Shown here: one piece after another, positions 34,028 to 43,125 of the stretch
Layout of the letters: every line of letters starts with the position of its first letter
Position numbering within the stretch: position 1 is the first letter of the stretch
Virus record (IMG/VR): IMGVR_UViG_3300016657_000126
Coordinates: 120,885-184,884 of that record
Length of the DNA: 64,000 bases
DNA from: a virus
Direction: 5' to 3' (one strand)
Translations under genes and position numbers: made by a program
The notes under the pieces: model-generated
Seen by the model: the letters and a program-made list of their open reading frames with translations, nothing else
Database searches by the model: none
Told to the model about the DNA's origin: nothing

Positions 34028-34410
34028 TAGAATGTGGTGGTCAGGGCAGTGCCGTTGGCCGCTTCCATCTCCAGCCGGACGCGGAGGCGATTATTTTCGA
34101 TCGTGGTGGGCTTGGCCACCAGTTTGCTGATTATCTCGGTGTCAGTTTCGCTCTCGAACCTGGACTGAAAGGCGAAGGCGTCTGAAGCGGCGAAGTTGCA
34201 GGCATGCTGGACCGCCGTGGCATCCACCAGCATTCCGCTGACCGAGTCGGCGAACAGTTCGGTGCCTCGATCAGCGAACAGATCTGACGGATGGCGCTCG
34301 GTCACGAATCCGACGACCATGTTCTGCGCTGCGGCTGCCACACCCGAAACCGACCGGTCCCACAGGATGCGCGGGCGGTCGCCTGTCATGTCTATGGCGA
34401 TACCCTTCAC
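34027..34410 (-). CDS. gp25-like baseplate wedge subunit
   Basis: Size, position before J, and 'FVTERHPSDLFADRGT' resembling the T..G..P.yG motif. Confidence 0.5.
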   Translation of the reverse strand: MKGIAIDMTGDRPRILWDRSVSGVAAAAQNMVVGFVTERHPSDLFADRGTELFADSVSGMLVDATAVQHACNFAASDAFAFQSRFESETDTEIISKLVAKPTTIENNRLRVRLEMEAANGTALTTTF

Positions 34411-34691
34411 GCGAGCACGCCTCCGGTCTCGAAGTTGGAAGTGACCGCGTTGCGTAGCGCGACGAATTTCGCGCCGAACCGCCCGCGCCGAACCCGGGCA
34501 TCTCGGAGAGCGGCGAACGCGACATTGGCGATGGCACGGTTAATCTCTGAGTTGTCGCTCTTGTGGTTGGCGCGGGCGGAGGTGACGGAGGCCTGCAGGC
34601 CTGCAATGCCGGAGCGCGGGACGGCCGCGGACGCTCCGGTGAAGTGAGCCTCAAACTGTCCCTGCCGGGCGATGAAGTCTTCGATTTTCAT
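34407..34691 (-). CDS. hypothetical protein
   Basis: 94 aa, coupled on both sides. Confidence 0.55.
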   Translation of the reverse strand: MKIEDFIARQGQFEAHFTGASAAVPRSGIAGLQASVTSARANHKSDNSEINRAIANVAFAALRDARVRRGRFGAKFVALRNAVTSNFETGGVLA

Positions 34692-35410
34692 AGGCTCGAG
34701 GTTTGCTGAAGCGCGCGCTCCATGTCCTGCACCAGAAGACCGAGGCGGGCGCGCCGGCGGCTGAGGGTGCTGGGGGTGAGGCCGAGGCGCTCGGCGGTCT
34801 GCTTCGGTGTCAGCGGTTCTTCGCCGCCGTAGCCGGTCATGAACCGGATGATCTGTTTGTCGACGGTGTCGGCTCCGGCGAAGACGTAGTCGAGCGCCTC
34901 GGGGCCGTGATCGATCTCGGAGGTGCCGCCAACGCCGTCCGGAAGGCCGCCCTCGCCGGGCGTCTTGCGAAACGCCTCGCGCACCTTTCGGATGCGCTTG
35001 GGCGGCATGCCGGTGGCGGAGCCGATTTCGTCCAGCGTCGGCTCCCGTCCGAGCTTGTCCGTTAGCTCACGCTCCGCGGTATCGATCGTGAAGGCGTCGA
35101 GCTGCACACGCTCTGGAAGTTTCATCGGGCTGTTCCGCGCGCGCCGGAACCGCCTAAGCTGCATCAGATTTCGACTGGTCCAGGTGCGGAGATCGGCCCC
35201 GGCCTGCGGGTCGAAATTGCGAACGGCGTCCGCCGCGTAGAGCCGGGCCTGATGGCGAATGATCGGGTCGTCGATTCCGCCTGTGGAGACGACGGCATAG
35301 TCGATGGTCGGGCGCAGCGCGTCTACCACCGCGTTCAACCGATCGGGGGTCGATTTGAGCCGGTATTCCTGGTAGGCCTGATGGACATCATCTTTGGGTT
35401 TCGCCGTCAC
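34688..35410 (-). CDS. phage sigma70-family sigma factor (FliA/SigF-like)
   Basis: Region 2 AVRNFDPQAGADLRTW, region 3 LGREPTLDEIG, region 4 HTH LTPKQTAERLGLTPSTLS. Confidence 0.85.
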   Translation of the reverse strand: MTAKPKDDVHQAYQEYRLKSTPDRLNAVVDALRPTIDYAVVSTGGIDDPIIRHQARLYAADAVRNFDPQAGADLRTWTSRNLMQLRRFRRARNSPMKLPERVQLDAFTIDTAERELTDKLGREPTLDEIGSATGMPPKRIRKVREAFRKTPGEGGLPDGVGGTSEIDHGPEALDYVFAGADTVDKQIIRFMTGYGGEEPLTPKQTAERLGLTPSTLSRRRARLGLLVQDMERALQQTSSL

Positions 35411-35613
35411 GGTCTTGGTTTACGCGTTTCGGGATGTTGCGGCAACCGTGGCACTGCCGAGGAAGCGGCATCACGCTGCCGCGCAAGGGCCGCGTAGCGC
35501 TGAATGATCGCGCGGTCCCCGCCACAGCACTGCGGCGACCGCGCGATCTCGGCGGCGCACAAACGCTGCAGGTCCGGATAACGGGCCAGAATGCTATCGG
35601 ACGCCGGCGTCAT
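35407..35613 (-). CDS. small hypothetical protein
   Basis: 68 aa with QCCGG; coupled to the sigma gene. Confidence 0.45.
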   Translation of the reverse strand: MTPASDSILARYPDLQRLCAAEIARSPQCCGGDRAIIQRYAALARQRDAASSAVPRLPQHPETRKPRP

Positions 35614-36319
35614 ACATGTGGGCCATGAAAAGACGAATCAGGTCTCCACGCTCGCAGTCACGGCACTGAGCGCCTTCCGCGGCAACCGTCGCCATCTTGA
35701 ACGCAGCGGAGATCTCGGCTGTCAGGTCTGATTTCCTGGGCGAGAAGAGCTCTTGCTGGAGCGTCTGAAATAGCGCGGGAATTGTGCCGGACACGCGAGC
35801 CTCGTCCACCATCCGCATGACGACTTTACGCGCTTCCTCGCTCGGCGTCTTCGAGGCCCAACCAATCGACGCGGTGGCCGTGGCAAGCGTCGGGCTGAGC
35901 ATAGTGTTCTGCGGCGGGCGCGGGGCGGCGGGCGCGGCAGGCGGATTCAGGTCGCGCGGCGCCGGCCGGCGCGGGACTTCGTGCTGAACCAACAGCCCGG
36001 CGCAGCCTGACCAGCTTAGGACGCCGAGGACAGCGCCCCAGACCGATACCGGCGCGCCGATGATTGAAGCCAGCAGGAGTCCTAGGCCGGCGCCGAAGGC
36101 TACGTGCTGACCTGCGCAGATGTGACATACCCAGAGCTCGCCCCACCGCGGGTAGCGGAGGCTGGCCACGAGCAGCTCGTCTTTCGTGAAGAGGCTGTCG
36201 CGGTGCAGGAAGTTCCAGATGTGCACCGGGAAGCCGGTGCGCGTCCAGACGATCTGAAAGTGAAGCACGATGACGAAGCCGGCGAACCACGTGCTGAGGG
36301 CGGAGATTATGGAGGTCAT
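35594..36319 (-). CDS. DUF1360-like membrane protein
   Basis: GELWVCHIC plus transmembrane segments; paralog of the next gene. Confidence 0.6.
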   Translation of the reverse strand: MTSIISALSTWFAGFVIVLHFQIVWTRTGFPVHIWNFLHRDSLFTKDELLVASLRYPRWGELWVCHICAGQHVAFGAGLGLLLASIIGAPVSVWGAVLGVLSWSGCAGLLVQHEVPRRPAPRDLNPPAAPAAPRPPQNTMLSPTLATATASIGWASKTPSEEARKVVMRMVDEARVSGTIPALFQTLQQELFSPRKSDLTAEISAAFKMATVAAEGAQCRDCERGDLIRLFMAHMYDAGVR

Positions 36320-36321
36320 TT

Positions 36322-36924
36322 TCAGCGAATACCGATGTTAAAGAGTCGACCGAGCGTCTCATGCATGAGCTTCGTGCGCTCCTCGCCCGGTGAAGTGTCG
36401 GCCACGCGCTTGCGGTAGTTCTCGACGATCGCTCGAGAGGCCGTGGTGGTCGGACTCTGCAGCTCTCCGTAGAGCTTGGTCCACAGCGCCGGCGGCTCCG
36501 CGGTCGGATTCGCGGCGATCTGGCGCAGCAGCTCGGCCACCTTCGGATGCGTTGAACTTTTCGAAGCGGCCTGCTCCACGCGCACCGGCGCCGTGGGCTT
36601 AGCGTAAAGCCACGGAAATGCCAACACGAACAACGGCGCGAAAGGCCACCAGGCCAGCCCGCTGATGAGACTGACGAGCGCGGTGGCCAGCAGCGTGAAC
36701 CACGTGCCTGAGCAGATCGGGCAAACGAACAGGTCGCCGAACGCTCCGAATTTGGCGAACGCCATCGAAGTCATGTCGGCGCGGGTGAACACGCGATTTC
36801 CTCGAAACACCGAGTTCCAAATGTGAACGGCGACGTTTGTGGTCAGCCAGGCGTTGGTCAGATTTCCGCCGATCAGGAACGCTAGGGTTCCCATGATCAG
36901 CACGTCGGTGAGCGGTTGTTGCAT
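36322..36924 (-). CDS. DUF1360-like membrane protein
   Basis: Start MQQPL; GDLFVCPICSGTW; transmembrane segments; shares VHIWN with its neighbour. Confidence 0.6.
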   Translation of the reverse strand: MQQPLTDVLIMGTLAFLIGGNLTNAWLTTNVAVHIWNSVFRGNRVFTRADMTSMAFAKFGAFGDLFVCPICSGTWFTLLATALVSLISGLAWWPFAPLFVLAFPWLYAKPTAPVRVEQAASKSSTHPKVAELLRQIAANPTAEPPALWTKLYGELQSPTTTASRAIVENYRKRVADTSPGEERTKLMHETLGRLFNIGIR

Positions 36925-36965
36925 GGAGTGGATATTGCTGCCAAATTTAATTCCTACCAAACCGA

Positions 36966-38324
36966 ATGCCAGACGAATGTAAGAACGGGGGCGACTCGCC
37001 CAACCCTCCACCTCCACCCAACACGTATGTTGGCGGCGGGCCCAGCGTGTCTCCGATCGGAGGGGGATTTATTACCAACCCCTTCGCCTCGGGCGCCACC
37101 GTGACTGTATCCGTGGACGGGACCGCGGTGTTCTCGAATCTCACCGGCCCGCTTACCTTCGAACCCGGCAACGGGACATTTACCGTCAGCGGCGCCACCA
37201 CGCTTACGCTCACCTCCGCGGATGGGTTACCGCAGACCTTCACGCTTCCCGCGGGTGGTGTTGTGAACGTCGGGGGCGTTTCGACTACCTACTCCGCCGG
37301 CGCCACCGTGACGCTAACCGGGCAAGCGAGCGTGCAGCTGACCGCAGGGCAGTCCGTGGCTACCACAGGAGGCATCACCACCGTCATCCTACCTGGAACG
37401 TCAGGCGTCGCCGTGGAGGGTGTATTGACGGGATCGGCACCCGCCAGCTCCACGCTCACGCCGATCACCGGCGTGGTCATTGTTTCTGCGCCTCCGACCA
37501 CGACGCCGGACTTCTTTCTGGTCAACCCGCGCGCGCCGCGACCATACCCGCTGCGGAACCTTCTTTCACGAGTCTACGGTATCACACCGAGCACTACGCT
37601 TTCCACGACGCCAGATTTCTCGATTAGCACGCAGTGGGGTGCCCTGCCTGGAGCTTCCGGGACATCGGAGGTTATTTCGGGCGGATTTGGGATTTTTAGT
37701 CCGAGTGCGCCAGCCAACGAAATTCTGGATGGTTTGACGCTTGTGCAGATGGGCGTGTCAGCGTCCGAGGTAGTCTGGCCTCTTGACGCCCAGGACACAC
37801 CATCTCCCGAAGCGGTAGAAGAGATAGGCGCGCTTGATTTCGCCTTGGTTAACGCTGGATTTATCGGATACGAGACTGCCGGAGGAGACGCGCTGATTCT
37901 CGTGGCGTCTGTCGCTAATCCTGATCCCTACGTCGGGTATGAACCTCCGGAGTTCATCGCCTTCGAAGAAATACCCGCGGCGGACATTTCAATGTCCGAA
38001 AACACACTCCTCGGATACGAGGAGTTGGATCCGACTCCAGCAGAGCCTTGGTCGTTTCTGTCCGACGAAGTCGTTGTCGGTGACGCCGAATTCGGCACGT
38101 TTAATCCGAGCGCAGGCACCTTCGAAGTTACCGCCGGCATGACATTGCTGAACGCCGCATTTCTTTCTTACGAGTTGGAACTACCAACCAATCTCACGCG
38201 TGTCGCGCGCGAGATTGTTTTTCTGGCGACCCATATCCCGACTGTCCCGCCGCCACTTGCCGAGCAGTTCCTTGACTCGGAAGTTGTCGGCGGTAACGCT
38301 CGATTCAAACTTTTCCACCTATGA
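36966..38324 (+). CDS. putative structural/fibre protein (G/T/V beta-rich N-half, acidic C-half)
   Basis: Composition plus internal repeats (EVI/V.G..FG.F.PSA; NA.F..YE). Confidence 0.55.
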   Translation: MPDECKNGGDSPNPPPPPNTYVGGGPSVSPIGGGFITNPFASGATVTVSVDGTAVFSNLTGPLTFEPGNGTFTVSGATTLTLTSADGLPQTFTLPAGGVVNVGGVSTTYSAGATVTLTGQASVQLTAGQSVATTGGITTVILPGTSGVAVEGVLTGSAPASSTLTPITGVVIVSAPPTTTPDFFLVNPRAPRPYPLRNLLSRVYGITPSTTLSTTPDFSISTQWGALPGASGTSEVISGGFGIFSPSAPANEILDGLTLVQMGVSASEVVWPLDAQDTPSPEAVEEIGALDFALVNAGFIGYETAGGDALILVASVANPDPYVGYEPPEFIAFEEIPAADISMSENTLLGYEELDPTPAEPWSFLSDEVVVGDAEFGTFNPSAGTFEVTAGMTLLNAAFLSYELELPTNLTRVAREIVFLATHIPTVPPPLAEQFLDSEVVGGNARFKLFHL

Positions 38325-39094
38325 GCGTAACGACCGACGGCGACAAAGTGTATCTCGAAGGCGATCCGCTCGGACCTACCGGAGCCTATAAGCAACTGGC
38401 CGCCGCTCCGGCAGGCACTGACGTGATGTTCTTTCTGTTCCGTGCTTTTTGGGACAGCGTCACTACCGACGCAGGCGGCATCAATTTTGGCTGGGATCAC
38501 ACATTCGCGTTTGGGCTGAGTTTTGACGGTGTTTTTCCGAACAGCAATTTCACGCCTACTTTTAGTCGGTTCATCGGCATAGGAAAATCTAGCACCAGTT
38601 TCGACCTAGACTACCGCGCCGATGCCGGAGGGGTCGGAAAGCACTTCGCCGGCTTCGATGACGGAAGTGTGTTTCGGAAAGGGCAGAACGCGGACGACGG
38701 AGCGTCGTTTCCATTCATCGACGATTCCGATGACCTTGGCGGAAGAAACCGCCGCATGTTCACTATGTTTCCGGCTACTCCGGCGATCGGTGCCCAGGTA
38801 GTGCAGGTTTGGAAAATAGCGCGATCGCTGAGCAATTCTCGTTACGTCTCCGTGACCTGCGGCGTGAACTTTGAGAGCCTTTCAGAAGCCAACATCTCGA
38901 ACGCGCGGACAAGCGCCAACACTGTATGGTCAAAGACTCAGGAGCTTGATGCCAGTGACAACTTCTGCCCGCGAAACAACAAGATTTTCTTTCCGTCTTG
39001 GTTGCTAATGAAGAACCCAGACGGAACGACCGGCAGGAAATTTGTCTACGACCACGGCAAGGTCGAATACTTCAAGTATTCTGACTCGCCTTAA
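38321..39094 (+). CDS. hypothetical protein
   Basis: 257 aa, ATGA coupling; lower GC. Confidence 0.65.
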   Translation: MSVTTDGDKVYLEGDPLGPTGAYKQLAAAPAGTDVMFFLFRAFWDSVTTDAGGINFGWDHTFAFGLSFDGVFPNSNFTPTFSRFIGIGKSSTSFDLDYRADAGGVGKHFAGFDDGSVFRKGQNADDGASFPFIDDSDDLGGRNRRMFTMFPATPAIGAQVVQVWKIARSLSNSRYVSVTCGVNFESLSEANISNARTSANTVWSKTQELDASDNFCPRNNKIFFPSWLLMKNPDGTTGRKFVYDHGKVEYFKYSDSP

Positions 39095-39473
39095 TCCTGC
39101 GCATCACCAGCCAGGCCTGCTCGACCGCGGCGGTTATTGCGCTGCCCAGTTGACAGCTGGTGCACGCCGCTGCGGTCAGCTCTTGTTTTTGCTGCTCTAG
39201 CATTAGCCGGATGTGCATCACCTCAGGCGGGACGCCTGCTATGTCTCCAAGAAACTTCTCTCTGAACTCGCGCCACTGAGCGCGCTTCTCCTCGGGCGTC
39301 TTCTTAGGCTCTCGGTATTGGGCGAGCAGCTGCTGATACGCGTCGTGCGTGAGCACCAAATTTTCACCTTCCACGACACCTTTAGACAGCACGTGGTCGT
39401 AATAGCCAGGCGGGCGATCGACGGCGCGAACCATCAACTGCCGCAGGCTGAGTTTTACGGTGCCGGATTGCAT
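39072..39473 (-). CDS. hypothetical protein with C-terminal CxxC
   Basis: 133 aa, CTSCQLG. Confidence 0.6.
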   Translation of the reverse strand: MQSGTVKLSLRQLMVRAVDRPPGYYDHVLSKGVVEGENLVLTHDAYQQLLAQYREPKKTPEEKRAQWREFREKFLGDIAGVPPEVMHIRLMLEQQKQELTAAACTSCQLGSAITAAVEQAWLVMRRIKASQNT

Positions 39474-40969
39474 AGGCTAGTCACATTGTAGGTATTATCT
39501 AGGCCACCCTGTCCGAACTCAGGTCCAGGCACGGGATCTCCTGTCTCACCCTCGATAGAAAAAACAGCGCGCGTGTTGCAGCAGTTCTTGTATGACAGAG
39601 TAGCCTTCACTGTTATCTCACAGTCCATCTGACCCGGGCTTACAGTGAAATCTTTTTCTATTCTGGTCTGCGGGCATCCACCTTCTTTCTCGCACGTCTT
39701 ATTCGGATCTTCCGGAGTAGGGCACGGGTATGAGCTTCCGCAACATCCTGGAGGGCTGCTCACCATGTCCACTAGTGTGGTTAGAACGGTCACGTCTTTG
39801 TCTGTAGTGACAACCACATCGAATGCGTCGTCCTCGCAGGCGTTTGCGTCCACATAGACTAGAGTTAGATGGCAGTCGCTGGATATAGATTGCGTGCAGC
39901 AATCGCGACAATCCTTGGGGTCTGCTTGTATGTCGTCCTTTAGGTCAGACCCGAGGACTTCATCTACTATCTTATCCAGCTGTGTGAGAGTTTCGCAGTA
40001 AAGTTTTTGGTTACCATCGGAGCACGCGACACCGCCGCAGGTAGGCTCTTCCCACGGGTAAGAAACGTCAGCGTCAATTCCATCTCCCTCTTCAGCGTCC
40101 AGACATCCCGGATTATCCGACAGAGTCGTGTCCTCTTTCAGATCGTATATTAGATTTTCCAGGCTTACACGACAGCCTTTGCGCAATTCTATTCCGTTCG
40201 GTCTAGACCACTTCGTGTCGCTGTTAGAGCAGCGCTTATTGAGTTTGTCCTCAATCTTTCCTATCAGGCGCGTGAAATCGTCTTTCTTTATCTGAAAAGC
40301 GACCTGCCCCTCTATGTCCATCTCGACGCGCCGAAGCGCGTATGTTCCATCCACACCTGGCCCCGCTACGAATGTGCCATCGACCTCGTCTATGTCTAGC
40401 CAGCGCAGATAAACCACCATGCGCTGACTTGAATTCTTGCATACACGCATTCTCAGCGGAAGAAGACGCTCTCCATCTACATCGATTTCCGCAGAGCGCT
40501 TACGCTTAGTTCTGTTCCCGTAGGTGGCGTAAAACTCCAGCAGAGTGGAATGAAGCACGGACGACTCACTTCCGTCGAAAGGATTGGTGAAATCTAGCGA
40601 CGTGAAACAAGAAGAACTGCCTCCGTAGTCGCCGAGCTGAATCGGCGCATCGTTTGTGAATAGCGCTATAGGACAGCAGAAGCAGTCAAGTGCCTGCGCG
40701 CCGGATGTTTTCCTTCCTACGAATACGAGCGAACCCTCGTCGTATTTGGCCTGCTCTGCTTCGTTCAGCGTGAATGTGGTGTCGAAGAAATGGTCATCGA
40801 TAGCTGACGCTGGGTTCTGATTATACGGGTCGAACAGCCATACATACTTCCCCTTTATCTGACGAAATGTCGTGTGATCGTAGGGCGCGTAGTCGGTGTC
40901 CACGCGCTTACCGATGCTAGCGATGTCACGCCAGCGCGCGGGCTGATTTGCAGAGCATGAGATGGCCAT
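39455..40969 (-). CDS. Cys-rich acidic protein, probable fibre/receptor-binding component
   Basis: Many Cys (CFCC, CRDCC, GCCG, NCCN); DNA visibly AT-richer than flanks. Confidence 0.6.
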   Translation of the reverse strand: MAISCSANQPARWRDIASIGKRVDTDYAPYDHTTFRQIKGKYVWLFDPYNQNPASAIDDHFFDTTFTLNEAEQAKYDEGSLVFVGRKTSGAQALDCFCCPIALFTNDAPIQLGDYGGSSSCFTSLDFTNPFDGSESSVLHSTLLEFYATYGNRTKRKRSAEIDVDGERLLPLRMRVCKNSSQRMVVYLRWLDIDEVDGTFVAGPGVDGTYALRRVEMDIEGQVAFQIKKDDFTRLIGKIEDKLNKRCSNSDTKWSRPNGIELRKGCRVSLENLIYDLKEDTTLSDNPGCLDAEEGDGIDADVSYPWEEPTCGGVACSDGNQKLYCETLTQLDKIVDEVLGSDLKDDIQADPKDCRDCCTQSISSDCHLTLVYVDANACEDDAFDVVVTTDKDVTVLTTLVDMVSSPPGCCGSSYPCPTPEDPNKTCEKEGGCPQTRIEKDFTVSPGQMDCEITVKATLSYKNCCNTRAVFSIEGETGDPVPGPEFGQGGLDNTYNVTSLCNPAP

Positions 40970-43125
40970 TAGCTGTAGACCGCCGCGCAGGACGTGCTGC
41001 AGTTTCCGGGAGCTCCTCGCTCGCCCGGACTACCTGGCGCTCCCGACCCGACGAGATCTTCACTTATGCACACGGTGAGGCTCTCCGCCAAGCTCTGAGC
41101 TTGGCTATTGGCGTCGGCCTGCGATGTCTGCGACCGCACCTGCCCAGGCATCACTGTGCCCGCTCGGACGAGAATCATGGGGATGCCACGAGGATCCGAG
41201 CCGCACGTGCTATCAACCTCCGGCTCTGAATTGTAGTAGAAGCAGTCGAGTTGACTGAGAGCGGAGGTCACGGCGAACCGGTTTGCATCGGTCTGGGACA
41301 CCGTCGAGGTGTAGGTGCCGGCGAGGACGACGACAGGCTCGCAGGGGTGCCCAAACGATTGGTCTGAGACAACGGCCACGCCGTCGAGCATACCGGCACC
41401 GGTTCCCGTGAGCGCGGGCGAAGCCGCGTATTGAGAGAGTTTGTCGGCATACTGGGCGAGCGTGTCGCCGCAGAGGGCCTCGACGCGGACGTTCGCGAAA
41501 ACGCAGTTGAGCAACGCCAGTGCCTGCGCCAGTGCGCCTTGATCCGCCGCGGCCTGGGTCTCGGCGGTGACCGCGCCGGCGGTGACTATCACAGAAGGCG
41601 TGGATAGCGAAGAGACGGGCGTGGTGTGGTAGAAGCCTCCAGGCAATGGACCTACCCGGACCGCCGTGCTACCGGGCGGAAGGGAGCCGGTCGGAGCGTT
41701 ACAAGAGGCCTGGACCTCTTTGGAAGAGAACCGGCACCCGACGTTCGATCCGTTGGCGCCCGCTTCTAGCTGACGAAGCGGAATGGAGTTGATCGCGTCA
41801 GCCTGGCGCTCGGCCAGCTCCGGAGTTTGCGCGCAGAACTTCCCTGCGTCCACGGATTGAGTGCGATCTATCGAGTAGCTTCCGGAGTCGGCTATACCGC
41901 ACTTCGCCGCACGCTCCTTGTTGCAGTAGGTGCAGAGATTCAGCGCCGCCACTGTGTCGGCCAGCTGCTGGAGCATGTCGGCCTCACTGATGATGGAAAC
42001 CACGGCTCCGGCGGAGAGCACCACCTTACTTCCGCTCTGCGCAGAGTAACTCTGCGAGTTGTAGTTTACAGAGGGGCACGCATAGGCGTTCGAGCGCCAT
42101 TCGCAGATGAGGAAGCTGAGCGCGATGTTCTGCGCGTCGGCCAGGGCGTCGGCAGGACTGGACAGGCTGGTGACCAGACGCGCCGGGAAGTAGACCGGAT
42201 TTCCCGGAACGAGCATCTGGCCCGGCGCCGGCGGGCGAGAAGGCGCCCCATTCGTGCAGGCCACGTTTCCAGCCTCGTTGACGTAGAAGCATCGGAGCGC
42301 GGCGACAGCCTGCGCGCGAGCCTGTGCGTCGGCATCGGCCTGGTTGGTGTTCGATGTCACGGCGCCGGCCGCAACTGTAACTGAGCCGATGCGGCGCGGG
42401 GTGACGTCTGGAGCGTCCGTCGGAACGGCTGTGGCGAAGCCCAGATCATCGACGCACGTAGCCGTCTGCGACGAATTTTTCCATTCGCAAGACAGCAGGG
42501 CCTCCGCCTGCGCGAGGGCTATGGCATTGGCCTCGGCCTTATCGTTTGGACTTTCAACTGTTCCGGCCGCCACGGTTACGGGCGGCGTCACGGAGCCTCC
42601 GCCGCACTCGGCAATTTGCGCGTCGTTTTTCCACACGCAGCGCAGGGCGGCCAGTGCGCCCGTTCGCGCGCTTTCGGTGGCGATCACACGCGCAGCGGCT
42701 ATCGCCGTATGAAGACGATCGGCCTGCTCCGGCAGGAACGCCGGCAAAAGCCCGCGCGTGGTGACCTGAGACGTTGAGTTACCGAGCGCCGTGCGGACCG
42801 ACGGGCGATCCAACAGCCACTGTAGCTGGGCGGACGACGCGCTGGGGACGGCGTCCGCTACGTCGACCGACTCGAACCGCGCGCCCGGCTCGGTCTCGAT
42901 ACTCCCACCCTCCGGCGTGTTTGGAAGCGTCGAACAATCCGCCGTAGCCGGCCCCGAGGCGACGACGATCACAGGGCGCGCAAACGTGGTGCTGGGTGCG
43001 GTAGCCGGATCGGGTCGCACCGGGCTGTCTGGGCGCGCCGGCGACTCAGGCGAGCAGGGTTCCACCGCCGGCACTACATCCGGGCGGACGAATGGATTTT
43101 GTGGGTTGTCGCAGTCTTCGTTCAC
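40969..43125 (-). CDS. DUF5977-like repeat protein with short collagen-like tail
   Basis: About 8 repeats of v.AG...S..SQADA...A...L.C; ends GAPGSPGERGAPG. Confidence 0.7.
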   Translation of the reverse strand: MNEDCDNPQNPFVRPDVVPAVEPCSPESPARPDSPVRPDPATAPSTTFARPVIVVASGPATADCSTLPNTPEGGSIETEPGARFESVDVADAVPSASSAQLQWLLDRPSVRTALGNSTSQVTTRGLLPAFLPEQADRLHTAIAAARVIATESARTGALAALRCVWKNDAQIAECGGGSVTPPVTVAAGTVESPNDKAEANAIALAQAEALLSCEWKNSSQTATCVDDLGFATAVPTDAPDVTPRRIGSVTVAAGAVTSNTNQADADAQARAQAVAALRCFYVNEAGNVACTNGAPSRPPAPGQMLVPGNPVYFPARLVTSLSSPADALADAQNIALSFLICEWRSNAYACPSVNYNSQSYSAQSGSKVVLSAGAVVSIISEADMLQQLADTVAALNLCTYCNKERAAKCGIADSGSYSIDRTQSVDAGKFCAQTPELAERQADAINSIPLRQLEAGANGSNVGCRFSSKEVQASCNAPTGSLPPGSTAVRVGPLPGGFYHTTPVSSLSTPSVIVTAGAVTAETQAAADQGALAQALALLNCVFANVRVEALCGDTLAQYADKLSQYAASPALTGTGAGMLDGVAVVSDQSFGHPCEPVVVLAGTYTSTVSQTDANRFAVTSALSQLDCFYYNSEPEVDSTCGSDPRGIPMILVRAGTVMPGQVRSQTSQADANSQAQSLAESLTVCISEDLVGSGAPGSPGERGAPGNCSTSCAAVYS

